Notes: generated by a model not told the origin, from the sequence alone. Shown: positions 36,689 through 47,112, numbered from the stretch's first letter. The stretch is 64,000 nt of DNA from Bacteroidales bacterium UBA6244 (GCA_002440885.1 DJVY01000100.1:23702-87701), one strand, 5' to 3'. Made by a program: numbers and translations.

Positions 36689-39361
36689 ATGAGAAAATTT
36701 ACACTTTTAATGATGTTGTTTTTAGGAACTTGTCTGTCGGGTTTTACGATGTTGCAGGCACAAACCGGAACAATTGAAGGCACGATAACGGATGCTCAGA
36801 ACAAGGAGACACTTGTGGGAGCCACCATTCAGATCAAAGGAACCCTCACGGGTGCTATTACTGATTTGGATGGCAAGTATGTAATTGCTGATGTAGGGGA
36901 GGGCACTTATCAGCTGGTTGCTTCATTCGTTGGCTATTCTACTAAGACTATAGAGGTAGCTGTAGTTTCAGGACAAAAAACGGTAATCAACTTTGCTTTG
37001 GCTACCGACCTCATGGGTCTTGATGAAGTGGTAGTAACGGGTTTGGTCAATGAGAAGTCCGCTTTGCGTTCTGCCGATGCCCTTACCTCACTTAAGCCAA
37101 AATTTCTTGATGAATTGGGATTCCAGACTACGGCTGAAATTTTCAAGGCCATTCCCGGTATTCATGTTGAGTCAAGTGGAGGAGAAGGTAATGCCAACAT
37201 CTCCGTCAGGGGCATACCGGTGGCTTCGGGTGGTTCCAAGTTCTTACTTCTGCAGGAAGACGGACTGCCCATACTTCAATTTGGAGATATTTCTTTTGGT
37301 AATGCTGATATATTTCTAAGGTATGATAAGTCAGTAAGTAGAATTGAGGCATTGAAAGGAGGATCTGCATCAACCCTCGCCAGTAACTCTCCTGCCGGTA
37401 TCATTAACTTCATCAGCAAAACAGGTGTGGAAGAGGGAGGCGTAGTGGCCACTACTTTTGGAGTCGATTTCAAATCGTTGCGCACCGATTTCGATTTTGG
37501 AGGTTCTTTAGGTAATGGTTTTAGATTTAATGTTGGGGGATTTTTTCGCTCCGGTCAGGGACCACGTAAGCCCGGGTTTACTGCCAATTATGGTGGGCAA
37601 ATAAAAGCAAACCTCACCAAACAGTTTGAAAAGGGATATGCCCGGATATACCTTAAATACCTTAACGACAAGGCGATCAGTTATATGCCCATGCCGGTGA
37701 AAGCAACAGGTACGGCTGATAATCCAACATATGAATCGATTGAGGGATTTGATTTAACCCATAGCACCCTTCAAAGTCCTGGTTTCTTGCTACTTCACGG
37801 AGTTGATCAGAATGGAAACCGACGTACTAGCAATATCTCTGACGGTATGCACCCAAAAGTGTTGGCCATAGGTGCTGAGTTCGATTTTGAAATAGGCAAT
37901 GGCTGGAGAATTAAAGATAGAGCCAGAATGGCTTTTACCAAAGGAACTTTTAACTCACCATTTCCTGCTCAGGTAGCTAGTGCCGATGATATAGCAAAAA
38001 ATCTGGTAGGTGAAGGATATACTATGAGCTACGCCAATGGAAGCCAAGCAGGAGTGCCTTTAACTCCGGTAGAGATCCAAAATTTGAATGGAAACGGGCT
38101 GGCCATGCAAATCATTACCTTTGATGTGGAAATGAACAACCTGAACAATTTTACAAATGATATTTTTCTTACCAAAGACTTAGGAAAAGCAAAAATAACC
38201 GTTGGCTATTACAATGCCTACCAAAAGATTGCTATGAGCTGGTTGTGGCAAACTTATCTGACTGATGTTAACGGAGACGATGGCTCAAGGTTAATGAATG
38301 TGCAAAGTGCTGATAGTTCGTTTTATACCGACAATGGCCTTATTGCTCATGGTGTGCCCATGTGGGGAAACTGCTGTACAAGAGGGTACGATATGGCTTA
38401 CACCATCGACGCACCATATGCCAACGTTGAGGTAGAGCTGACTTCTCAATTTAGTATGGATGCCAGTCTGCGGTACGATATGGGCAATGCCAACGGTTAT
38501 TATTTATCAAATTATCAGGCCGCTGTGGATGTGGACGAAGATGGTATTATTTCTCCTACTGAGGAAAGTGTTACCTTGTTAAACAATGCAAAACCAAATA
38601 CAGTGAACTATAATTTTGGGTATGTGTCGTATTCTATTGGTGCAAATTATTTGCTCGACGAAACTAAAGCTGTTTATGCAAGGTACAGCCAGGGTGGTAG
38701 AGCCAATGCCGACAGACTTCTTTACTCTCCGTTTATTGATGCTGATGGTAAAACTATCAGTGGCTTAAGTGCCGACCAAATTAATCAGGCTGAACTTGGG
38801 TTTAAATTCAAATCACCCAGATTAGGTTTTACAGCTACAGGATTTTATGATGTAATTTCGGAACAAAATGAAGAGTTTGGCAAGGTTCTGAATAAAGACT
38901 ATAATACTTATGGTGTTGAAGTGGATGCGGTTGCTACATTTTCTAATTTTTACATTGCTGCCGGTGCTACTTATACCAAGGCAAAGATTACCAAGAGTAT
39001 GACTGTCGCTGAAGAAGGAAATGTGCCACGCCGGGTTCCTGCTTTAATGTACGATATCAATCCTTCGTACAGCTTCTTGAAAGGAAAAGCCAACATCGGG
39101 TTCAGCCTTATCGGAACAACAAAGGTATATGCACAGGATGACAATGTGGCTGTGCTGCCCGGGTTTGTTTATGTAAACGCTTTTGTGAGTTACAATATTA
39201 CTAAAGGTCTCGATTTGATGATTAATTCCAATAATGTTACCAATACATTGGGATTCACCGAAATGGAGGGAGATCCTTTTGTCGACAATAGTGTTAACTA
39301 CATGAGGGCACGCCCCATCACAGGACGGGCTACTACAGCTACCATTTCCTATACTTTTTAA
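36689..39361 (+). CDS. TonB-dependent outer-membrane receptor with N-terminal CarboxypepD_reg domain (no SusD partner)
   Basis: 890 aa. Signal peptide, TGTIEGTITDAQNKETLVGATIQIKG...DLDGKY, a plug block (DEVVVTG...), a long beta-barrel and terminal ...ISYTF. Confidence 0.85.
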   Translation: MRKFTLLMMLFLGTCLSGFTMLQAQTGTIEGTITDAQNKETLVGATIQIKGTLTGAITDLDGKYVIADVGEGTYQLVASFVGYSTKTIEVAVVSGQKTVINFALATDLMGLDEVVVTGLVNEKSALRSADALTSLKPKFLDELGFQTTAEIFKAIPGIHVESSGGEGNANISVRGIPVASGGSKFLLLQEDGLPILQFGDISFGNADIFLRYDKSVSRIEALKGGSASTLASNSPAGIINFISKTGVEEGGVVATTFGVDFKSLRTDFDFGGSLGNGFRFNVGGFFRSGQGPRKPGFTANYGGQIKANLTKQFEKGYARIYLKYLNDKAISYMPMPVKATGTADNPTYESIEGFDLTHSTLQSPGFLLLHGVDQNGNRRTSNISDGMHPKVLAIGAEFDFEIGNGWRIKDRARMAFTKGTFNSPFPAQVASADDIAKNLVGEGYTMSYANGSQAGVPLTPVEIQNLNGNGLAMQIITFDVEMNNLNNFTNDIFLTKDLGKAKITVGYYNAYQKIAMSWLWQTYLTDVNGDDGSRLMNVQSADSSFYTDNGLIAHGVPMWGNCCTRGYDMAYTIDAPYANVEVELTSQFSMDASLRYDMGNANGYYLSNYQAAVDVDEDGIISPTEESVTLLNNAKPNTVNYNFGYVSYSIGANYLLDETKAVYARYSQGGRANADRLLYSPFIDADGKTISGLSADQINQAELGFKFKSPRLGFTATGFYDVISEQNEEFGKVLNKDYNTYGVEVDAVATFSNFYIAAGATYTKAKITKSMTVAEEGNVPRRVPALMYDINPSYSFLKGKANIGFSLIGTTKVYAQDDNVAVLPGFVYVNAFVSYNITKGLDLMINSNNVTNTLGFTEMEGDPFVDNSVNYMRARPITGRATTATISYTF

Positions 39362-39398
39362 CCGTTATTGTAAATATGTTTAAGCACTAAATACCCTT

Positions 39399-39441
39399 TG
39401 GAGAGGTTTCGTTTGTTCGCAATTGGACCTCTCCATTTTTT
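39399..39441 (+). terminator. rho-independent terminator/attenuator after the receptor gene
   Basis: TGGAGAGGT-(19 nt)-ACCTCTCCA followed by TTTTTT. Confidence 0.7.
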
Positions 39442-39523
39442 AAGCTTTCCATTCACTATAATATGGAATCAAGTTGTAAAAACGATTATCTTTATATCAA
39501 ATAACTGGAGACTCTCGAAAAGT

Positions 39524-40984
39524 ATGAACAATAAAATACAACTTATCACTTATGTCGATCGGTTTGGGTGTGAAAATTTAAACGACCTGAATAGCCTGTT
39601 TAAAAAGGAGTTAAAAGGTTTGTTTGGGGGTGTTCATATATTGCCCTTTTTTAATCCCATTGACGGTGAGGATGCCGGATTTGATCCTGTAGATCACCAA
39701 TTGATTGACCCACGTTTGGGTAAATGGGACGATTTGCTGGAATTGGGAAAAAGTGTTGAGGTTATGGCCGACTTAATTGTTAACCACATCTCATCCAAAT
39801 CCATGCAGTTTCAGGATTTTTTACAAAAGGGTCAACAATCTGAATATGTCAATCTTTTTTTGAGTTTTGATCATGTTTTTCCGGCAGGGGCTACAGAGGC
39901 TGATTTGCTTGGAATATACAGACCCAGACCTGGTTTCCCATTCACAACCTTTAAGTTTTTGGATGGATCATCCAGGTTAATCTGGACAACGTTTACCGGT
40001 AGTCAGATCGATATCAACGTTCATAGTAAAGAAGGCAAAAAATATTTAAACGGAATTTTAACCACCTTTCAAGTGGCTGGCATAAAACAAATCCGCCTTG
40101 ATGCTGCCGGTTATGCCGTTAAAAAACAAGGCACTTCCTGTTTCATGATACCCGAAACATTTGAATTTATCAACGAGCTCACAGAGGTAGCCCATGGCAA
40201 AAACATGGAGGTGCTGGTTGAAATCCATTCTCACCACCAAACGCAAATTGAAATAGCAGCCAAAGTAGATTATGTCTACGATTTTGCCCTGCCTGTTCTG
40301 GTGCTCGATACCATTTTTAATCAGGACGCGTCTAGCCTGCTCAGCTGGCTGTCAATATCACCACGAAATGCCTTTACCGTATTGGATACACACGATGGTA
40401 TTGGTATTATTGATGTGGCCGCGGAGGGTGAAAAACCGGGATTAATCAACAGCGATCGATTGAGTGACATTGTTGAGCAAATTCATATTAATACCGGTGG
40501 AAAGAGTAAAAAGGCAACCGGAGCAGCTGCCTCTAACCTTGATTTGTATCAGGTAAACACTACTTATTACAACGCTCTGGGTGCTGATGACCAAAAGTAT
40601 CTCCTGGCACGTGCAATTCAATTTTTTACTCCGGGAATTCCACAGGTTTACTACATGGGTCTTTTGGCCGGGTCAAACGATATGGAACTGTTAGCCAGAA
40701 CAAACGTGGGCCGCGATATCAATCGTCATTATTATTCCGCTCAGGAATTGTTGGATGCTCTTCAGAAACCTGTGGTTATAAAGCTCGTTGAACTAATAAA
40801 ATTCAGAAATAGCCATCCCGCTTTTAATGGTGAAATTAATTTGCAAAACGCTGATCCAAAAAAGTTGAATATTACCTGGAGTAATGTGAACTCCTATGCT
40901 ACCCTTGAGGCTGATTTAAAAACAGGACACTTTAGCATTACTTTCAGCGATGCACTGCATCAGGCAGTTGTAAAACGGTTCTGA
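39524..40984 (+). CDS. sucP: sucrose phosphorylase (GH13_18)
   Basis: 486 aa from ATG 39524 (MNNKIQLITYVDRFG). Near-colinear with Bifidobacterium adolescentis sucrose phosphorylase as I recall it: GVHILPFF, DAGFDPVDH, IRLDAAGYA (nucleophile Asp), VEIHS (acid/base Glu), VLDTHDGIG, and acceptor-site loops IYRPRPGFPFT and GAAASNLDLYQVNTTYY. Confidence 0.9.
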   Translation: MNNKIQLITYVDRFGCENLNDLNSLFKKELKGLFGGVHILPFFNPIDGEDAGFDPVDHQLIDPRLGKWDDLLELGKSVEVMADLIVNHISSKSMQFQDFLQKGQQSEYVNLFLSFDHVFPAGATEADLLGIYRPRPGFPFTTFKFLDGSSRLIWTTFTGSQIDINVHSKEGKKYLNGILTTFQVAGIKQIRLDAAGYAVKKQGTSCFMIPETFEFINELTEVAHGKNMEVLVEIHSHHQTQIEIAAKVDYVYDFALPVLVLDTIFNQDASSLLSWLSISPRNAFTVLDTHDGIGIIDVAAEGEKPGLINSDRLSDIVEQIHINTGGKSKKATGAAASNLDLYQVNTTYYNALGADDQKYLLARAIQFFTPGIPQVYYMGLLAGSNDMELLARTNVGRDINRHYYSAQELLDALQKPVVIKLVELIKFRNSHPAFNGEINLQNADPKKLNITWSNVNSYATLEADLKTGHFSITFSDALHQAVVKRF

Positions 40985-41007
40985 ATAATAACTTAAAGAA
41001 TTACTAC

Positions 41008-42255
41008 GTGGCAACTCAAATTTCCTTCGATAAAAAGAACAACCTGACCATTGTTAAATGGTTGACTTATATGATGTTCCTCATGTTTGCGATGACCACA
41101 GATGCAGTGGGCGTAGTCATACCCGAAGTAATGAAGCAATTTAACCTGAGCATGACCGCGGCCGGCCTGCTTCACTACGGACCTATGGTGGCCATTGCTG
41201 CTGCCGGGATTTTTTTAGGATTTCTTGCCGATAAATTAGGTAGGAAAGTTACCATCGTTATGGGACTAACTTTGTTTGTTTTAAGCTCGTATATGTTTTT
41301 GGTGGGTTCAAGCTTTGGTTTTTTCCTCGCTTTACTAATGATTTCAGGACTTGCTATTGGTATTTTTAAAACCGGAGCATTGGCTTTGATTGGGGATATC
41401 TCTACTTCTACCCGCGAGCACACTTCTACAATGAATAATGTTGAAGGTTTTTTTGGCGTTGGAGCGATCATTGGCCCTTTCATTGTCACCTATTTCCTGT
41501 CGCGCGGGGTTGAGTGGCGCTACTTGTATGTAGTTGCTGCCACCTTATCTGTGGTACTTATTGTGCTTTCTTTGTTGGCTAAATATCCAAAAACAACAAA
41601 ATCAACACAGGAAACGATTAACCTAAAACGTACAATAAAGATGATTGGTGATCCTTATGCATTGGGCTTCTCAGTGGCAGCGTTTTTGTATGTTTCTATT
41701 GAAACGGCCATTTATGTTTGGATGCCAACCCTGATTTTTGGTTATGAAGGTGATTTGTTGTTGTGGGCAACTTACGCTCTTCCGATATTTTTTGTCCTGC
41801 GTGCCGGTGGACGTTTTCTTGGAGCATGGGTTATGCAGCGTTATAACTGGGCTGCCGTGTTGGCCGTTTTTAGTTTTCTCATTCTACTATGTTTCGGACT
41901 TAGCGTTGTTGGTGGATCCACTGTAAGGGTGTTGCTTTTGCCTTTATCGGGTCTTTTTATGTCGGTGATGTATCCAACGATCAACTCAAAGGGAATCAGT
42001 TGTTTTCCAAAAGTGAAGGGGGGAGCAGTTTCCGGGATTATTTTATTTTTTACCGCCGCCGGCGCTGCCCTTGGTCCATTGTCGATGGGTATAGTGAGCG
42101 ATGCATTCAACTCCCAGCCGATTTATGGCTTTATGTTGGCAACATTTTATGCCGGAATATTGTTTATTGGCATGATGTATAACTGGATAAAGGAACCAAC
42201 CAAAAAGCGGTTGTTGCAAATTGAAGAAACAGAATATCATAATAACCCAAATTAA
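41008..42255 (+). CDS. MFS sugar transporter (FucP-like)
   Basis: 415 aa with 12 predicted TM helices. GFLADKLGRK loop motif. The GTG start at 41008 is uncertain; an alternative ATG lies at 41071. Confidence 0.75.
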   Translation: MATQISFDKKNNLTIVKWLTYMMFLMFAMTTDAVGVVIPEVMKQFNLSMTAAGLLHYGPMVAIAAAGIFLGFLADKLGRKVTIVMGLTLFVLSSYMFLVGSSFGFFLALLMISGLAIGIFKTGALALIGDISTSTREHTSTMNNVEGFFGVGAIIGPFIVTYFLSRGVEWRYLYVVAATLSVVLIVLSLLAKYPKTTKSTQETINLKRTIKMIGDPYALGFSVAAFLYVSIETAIYVWMPTLIFGYEGDLLLWATYALPIFFVLRAGGRFLGAWVMQRYNWAAVLAVFSFLILLCFGLSVVGGSTVRVLLLPLSGLFMSVMYPTINSKGISCFPKVKGGAVSGIILFFTAAGAALGPLSMGIVSDAFNSQPIYGFMLATFYAGILFIGMMYNWIKEPTKKRLLQIEETEYHNNPN

Positions 42256-42262
42256 TGCCGGG

Positions 42263-43135
42263 ATGATGAAAAAACCTAAAGTTATCGGTCTTGGAGAAGT
42301 ATTATGGGACATGCTTCCATCAGGAAATCAATTGGGCGGTGCTCCTGCCAATGTGGCCTTCCATGCCATGCAGTTGGGTGCTGATGCGCTGGTAGTGAGT
42401 GCCATTGGCGATGATGAGCTGGGTGTTGAATTGGCCAACACCCTTTCCTCAATGGGTTTGCAACATTTGTTGCAACAATCATCGTCGGGAACCGGTACTG
42501 TTGGTGTACACCTTGAAGATGGCATTCCCATGTATTCAATAAAGGAGGGAGTTGCATGGGATGAGATTCGTTCTTCAAATGAACTGGACGAACTGGCCCG
42601 TACAGCTGATGCGGTATGTTTTGGCACGCTGGCGCAGAGAAATCATGTATCGCGCGAAACCATACAACTTTTTTTATCACGCTTATCTCCTGAAGCCATT
42701 TGCTTGTGCGACCTGAATCTGAGGCAGCAATACTATACAAAAGAAACGATCATAGATTCGTTGAAGGCTTGTAATGTACTTAAAATAAACGACTACGAAC
42801 TTGATGTGCTGTCCTCATTATTAAGACTTCCTGCCGGGGAAGAGGCTAAACTGCAACAACTAGCTGCTGACTTCAGCCTAAACATTATTGCATTAACGAA
42901 AGGAAGTGAAGGCAGCTTGCTTTATACGGCAGATGAGTTGTCGCATTTTTCGGCCAAGACCATAACAGTGGCTGATACAATCGGAGCCGGCGATTCCTTT
43001 TCGGCAGCTTTAATCATGGGGCTTATCCAAAAAAAATCGCTTCGACACATGCACGAGCACGCTACCCGGATTTCAGCTTATGTTTGCCAACAACATGGCG
43101 CAATGCCTGTGCTGCCGAAAGAATTAATTTATTGA
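42263..43135 (+). CDS. scrK: PfkB-family fructokinase
   Basis: 290 aa from ATG 42263, 8 nt after the MFS stop. VIGLGEVLWD...GGAPANVA N-terminal motif and DTIGAGDSF C-terminal motif. Confidence 0.8.
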   Translation: MMKKPKVIGLGEVLWDMLPSGNQLGGAPANVAFHAMQLGADALVVSAIGDDELGVELANTLSSMGLQHLLQQSSSGTGTVGVHLEDGIPMYSIKEGVAWDEIRSSNELDELARTADAVCFGTLAQRNHVSRETIQLFLSRLSPEAICLCDLNLRQQYYTKETIIDSLKACNVLKINDYELDVLSSLLRLPAGEEAKLQQLAADFSLNIIALTKGSEGSLLYTADELSHFSAKTITVADTIGAGDSFSAALIMGLIQKKSLRHMHEHATRISAYVCQQHGAMPVLPKELIY

Positions 43136-43156
43136 ATTTGTGGGTTTTAAAAGCTA

Positions 43157-44194
43157 CTAAGCCTTGGTGGTTTGTGGCCTTCTTTGTGTCGACTCCCTTA
43201 CAATCAATTCTGTTTCAATTATCTGTGAAATCGGCGTCATCTCCTTGTCCGAGTTTTGAATCCGGTAAAATAATAAGTTGGCGGCTTTTGTCCCTATCTT
43301 GTATCCTGAGTGTTTAATGCAAGAAATAGTGGGTGACATCATCGCGGTGAGCGGGCCATCACTAAACGATAATAATCCGATGTCATGGGGAATGGATAAT
43401 CCCATTTTTTTAATTGCCTGAAAAGCACCTGATAAGTTTTCATCGCTGATACTAAAGATGGCATCGGGTGGGGTTTTCCGGGTTAATACTTGTTGGGTGA
43501 CAATTTCAGCTTCTGTTAAGTTGTTAGCAAACAGTATGTTTGACTCAGATACATTAATTTTTTTTGCATCCAGGGCCAGCTTATAACCTTTAATACGATC
43601 CACTGTAATCGATAGATTTGGATTCCCGGCGAGCAGCGCAATGTTTTCAAAACCTGAATCTATCAGATGTGTGGTGCCGTTAAAGGCGGATTTGCATCCA
43701 TCGATATCGACTTTGAATATGCCTTGTTTTTCAAGTACTTTGTCGAAAAAGACAATAGGAATGCCTGCCTGTTCAATATCTTGGAAGTGATCATATGCTG
43801 TGGTTTCACCTGATACAGATATTAGAAGCCCCGCAATCCGGTTCCCAAGCATTAAATTCACATTCTCCATCTCTCTTTGTAGTGATTCGTTGGATTGCAT
43901 GATGAGCACATTATATCCCATGCTATGAGCAACTTCTTCAATTCCTTTGAGCACAGAAGGGAAGAAATAATATGAAATTTCGGGAATGATGACACCTATA
44001 GTGCTGGTTTGACTTTTCCGAAGGTTGACAGCCAGGTTGTTTGGATGATAGTTCATTTCTTTGGCTATCTTTTGAATTCGGCTTTTCATCTCCTCGCTAA
44101 TGTCGGGATGTCCTTTTAAGGCGCGGGAAACCGTGGTGTGTGATACCCCAAGAATATCAGCAATTCCTTTCAGTGTAGTCTGCTTTTTTATCAT
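43157..44194 (-). CDS. LacI family transcriptional regulator
   Basis: 345 aa. N-terminal HTH TLKGIADILGVSHTTVSRAL followed by a periplasmic-binding-protein-like sugar-binding core. Confidence 0.9.
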   Translation of the reverse strand: MIKKQTTLKGIADILGVSHTTVSRALKGHPDISEEMKSRIQKIAKEMNYHPNNLAVNLRKSQTSTIGVIIPEISYYFFPSVLKGIEEVAHSMGYNVLIMQSNESLQREMENVNLMLGNRIAGLLISVSGETTAYDHFQDIEQAGIPIVFFDKVLEKQGIFKVDIDGCKSAFNGTTHLIDSGFENIALLAGNPNLSITVDRIKGYKLALDAKKINVSESNILFANNLTEAEIVTQQVLTRKTPPDAIFSISDENLSGAFQAIKKMGLSIPHDIGLLSFSDGPLTAMMSPTISCIKHSGYKIGTKAANLLFYRIQNSDKEMTPISQIIETELIVRESTQRRPQTTKA

Positions 44195-44217
44195 CTGGTG
44201 TATTTGGTTGATTCAGG

Positions 44218-44225
44218 CAAAGATA
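44218..44225 (-). promoter_or_regulatory. -7 promoter box (TAnnTTTG) for the LacI-family gene
   Basis: The minus strand reads TATCTTTG, 24 nt upstream of ATG 44194. Confidence 0.45.
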
Positions 44226-44360
44226 CTAAAGCTTTGTTAGCCAAACAATTTGTGAGTTAAAATCCACCTGAGAAAGTTGGCGTTTTTCTTATACGAAAGG
44301 TTTCTTTTTTGTAAAGTTGGTCAGTGAAATATTTGGTCTTTCTTTGGGGCAAAACACCAC

Positions 44361-44394
44361 AAAAAAAACCCTGCAACGACTCATACAGGGTTTT
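44361..44394 (-). terminator. rho-independent terminator after icd-gltA
   Basis: The minus strand reads AAAACCCTG-(12 nt)-CAGGGTTTT followed by TTTT, 15 nt after the gltA stop. Confidence 0.55.
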
Positions 44395-44408
44395 AGCTAT
44401 TGATGGAA

Positions 44409-45716
44409 TTATTTTTTTATCCCCACCATTTGTTCGAGCATGTCGGTGGTAATCGATTTTGGCCGTTCGATGGGATAACCCAAAGCGCGATCCCAAATGA
44501 TATTCGATAACACGCCGAGTGCCCTGCCTATGGAGAACAGAACTGTATAATAGTCGTATTGGGTAACACCGTAATGCCATTGAATTACACCAGATTGTGC
44601 GTCAACATTTGGCCATGGGTTTTTTGCCTTTCCTTGTTCCAGTAATATATCGGGAACCACCTGATACAGCAGATCGGTATACTTGAACAGATCGTCTTCG
44701 GGCAGGTGTTTCAAACAAAAATCGCGCTGAATGCTATAACGCGGGTCGGTTTTGCGGAGTACGGCATGGCCATAACCCGGAACAACCTGACCTGATTCCA
44801 GTGTGTCCCAAACAAATTTTCTCATCTGCTCTTTAGAAGGAACTTTATCACCCAATCGTGTTCTTATTTCCTGAATCCAGCGAAGCACTTCCTGATTAGC
44901 TAAGCCATGGAGTGGTCCGGCCAGACCATTGATCATCCCCGAGATGCTGTAGTAAATGTCGGAGAGTGAACTGGCGATAAGGTGTCCTGTATGGGCACTC
45001 ACGTTGCCACTTTCGTGATCGGCATGAATGATGAAATACATGCGGGCTACATCATCATATGGTTTGTCTTTTGCAATCATTGAAGCAAAATTTGCTCCGA
45101 GATCGAGGGTTGGGTCCTGGTACACGCTACCGGATTTTCGGTACAATTTGTTGTAAATGTATGCTCCTATCACCGGAATTTTCGACATCAGGTTCATGGC
45201 ATCTTCGTAGGTAGGATCCCAGAAGTCGGCTTTGTTCAGCCCGCGCTGGTATTTCAGGTTAAAAACCGACTCACGTTGCATCGACATGACTGCTGCCGAG
45301 AGAATAACCATAGGGTGGCTCTGGTTGGGGAATGCATCGATAACCTCGTAAACATAACGTGGCAGCTGGCGGCGATTCACCGAATCGTAGAGCACTTCCT
45401 CTACTTCGTTTTGTGTGGGGATTTCTCCGGTGAGAAGCAAATAAAATAAACCCTCTACATAAGGCATTTCTGCTCCTGGAGGCTTTGGCAGCTTTTCAAA
45501 AACTTCTGGCAGCGTGTAGCCGCGGTAGCGAATGCCCTCGTAAGGGTCAAGGTACGAAATATCGGTGATGAGGCTCTTTATTCCGCGCATACCGCCAATA
45601 ACCTGTTGCACGGTAACGGAATTAATCACAGTTTCACTGTGCTCATCCAACAATCTTTTGATCCTGGGCCGGTGGGCTAGAATTTTTTCGTAGAGTTTCT
45701 CTTTTAAAACAGTCAT
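44409..45716 (-). CDS. gltA: citrate synthase (eukaryote/mitochondrial-like type)
   Basis: 435 aa. GGMRGIKSLITDISYLDPYEGIRYRGY, IHADHESGNVSAHTGHL, NGLAGPLHGLANQEV. Confidence 0.92.
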   Translation of the reverse strand: MTVLKEKLYEKILAHRPRIKRLLDEHSETVINSVTVQQVIGGMRGIKSLITDISYLDPYEGIRYRGYTLPEVFEKLPKPPGAEMPYVEGLFYLLLTGEIPTQNEVEEVLYDSVNRRQLPRYVYEVIDAFPNQSHPMVILSAAVMSMQRESVFNLKYQRGLNKADFWDPTYEDAMNLMSKIPVIGAYIYNKLYRKSGSVYQDPTLDLGANFASMIAKDKPYDDVARMYFIIHADHESGNVSAHTGHLIASSLSDIYYSISGMINGLAGPLHGLANQEVLRWIQEIRTRLGDKVPSKEQMRKFVWDTLESGQVVPGYGHAVLRKTDPRYSIQRDFCLKHLPEDDLFKYTDLLYQVVPDILLEQGKAKNPWPNVDAQSGVIQWHYGVTQYDYYTVLFSIGRALGVLSNIIWDRALGYPIERPKSITTDMLEQMVGIKK

Positions 45717-45729
45717 GGTTGCAATTTTT

Positions 45730-46953
45730 TTATGATAATGCTTTTTTTAATCTTAAATCAAGGGCGTCTAAAAACGCTTCTGTGGTCAGGTAGTCTTCTT
45801 TCTTGAGTGCTTTGCCGTGAACTATTAAGGCAAGGTCTTTGGTCATAAGACCTGATTCCACGGTGTCGATGCAAACTTGTTCGAGCTTGTGGGCAAAGTT
45901 GATCAGCGCTTGGTTGTTGTCGAGTTGCCCCCGATGAGCCAAACCCCTGGTCCAGGCAAAAATTGAAGCTATCGGATTGGTAGAAGTTGGGTTTCCTTTT
46001 TGATGTTCACGGTAGTGCCGGGTAACAGTGCCATGAGCTGCCTCGGCTTCGATGGTTTTTCCATCGGGAGCCATCAACACCGAAGTCATGAGCCCCAAAG
46101 AGCCAAAACCTTGTGCCAGGGTGTCGCTCTGAACGTCTCCGTCGTAATTCTTGGCAGCCCAAACAAATCCACCTTCCCATTTAAGGGCAGCCGCCACCAT
46201 GTCGTCGATCAGGCGATGTTCGTAGGTGATTCCGGCAGATTTAAAGCGGTCTTCAAATTCATTTTCAAATACTTCCTGAAAAATGTCTTTGAAGCGGCCA
46301 TCGTACTTCTTCAATATGGTGTTTTTTGTCGACAGGTAGAGAGGCCACTTTTTGTCGAGGGCCATGTTGAAACACGATTGCGCAAATCCATGGATACTTT
46401 CATCGGTATTAAACATAGCCATGGCTACACCATCGCCTTCAAATTGATGTACGGTATAGGTCTCGGTTTCGCCTTCTTCAGGAGTGAATGAAATGGTGAG
46501 TTTTCCTTTGCCCTTGGTTACAAAATCGGTAGCCCGGTATTGGTCGCCATAGGCATGACGGCCTATCACAATGGGTTTCGTCCACCCGGGAACAAGCCTT
46601 GGAATGTTTTTCATCAAAATCGGTTCACGAAAAACGGTACCTCCCAGGATGTTTCGGATAGTGCCATTCGGCGAACGCCACATTTGTTTTAAACCGAATT
46701 CCTCAACACGTTGTTCATCGGGAGTAATGGTCGCACATTTAATACCTACGTTGTATTTTTTTATCGCTTCGGCAGCATCAACAGTTATCTGGTCGTTGGT
46801 CTCATCGCGCTTCTCAATCCCTAAATCATAGTATTTTAAGTCTATATCAAGATAGGGAAGGATTAACTTGTCTTTAATCATTGCCCAAATGATGCGTGTC
46901 ATCTCATCGCCGTCGAGCTCCACAACCGGATTTTTTACGTGTATTTTCTCCAT
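45730..46953 (-). CDS. icd: NADP-dependent isocitrate dehydrogenase (eukaryote-like subfamily)
   Basis: 407 aa. [25 protein letters not shown] and [10 protein letters not shown] blocks as in animal IDH1/2. Confidence 0.92.
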   Translation of the reverse strand: MEKIHVKNPVVELDGDEMTRIIWAMIKDKLILPYLDIDLKYYDLGIEKRDETNDQITVDAAEAIKKYNVGIKCATITPDEQRVEEFGLKQMWRSPNGTIRNILGGTVFREPILMKNIPRLVPGWTKPIVIGRHAYGDQYRATDFVTKGKGKLTISFTPEEGETETYTVHQFEGDGVAMAMFNTDESIHGFAQSCFNMALDKKWPLYLSTKNTILKKYDGRFKDIFQEVFENEFEDRFKSAGITYEHRLIDDMVAAALKWEGGFVWAAKNYDGDVQSDTLAQGFGSLGLMTSVLMAPDGKTIEAEAAHGTVTRHYREHQKGNPTSTNPIASIFAWTRGLAHRGQLDNNQALINFAHKLEQVCIDTVESGLMTKDLALIVHGKALKKEDYLTTEAFLDALDLRLKKALS

Positions 46954-47112
46954 AATTCTCAGATGTTCTCCTGTATTAATATTTGGTTATATAGATATTT
47001 TAACATATTTAAATAGCTCACTTTCAAGGGAGCGTAAAAGTATGTATTTTCGGCGAGGTGCGCAAATAAATATCACCTTTGTTGTCAATTTTTACCAAAA
47101 TCCAAATAACAT

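Noticed and set aside
17121-44394. The fur and gltA terminators share the same stem core (AAACCCTG...CAGGGTTT), which hints at a repeated element.
   Set aside because: Only 8-9 nt are shared, and the loops differ in length and sequence (6 nt versus 12 nt). This is consistent with independent small GC-cored terminators.
44257-44580. 107-aa minus-strand ORF spanning the gltA 3' end and its terminator.
   Set aside because: It overlaps gltA in another frame and runs through the terminator hairpin. It has no motif and no promoter box.
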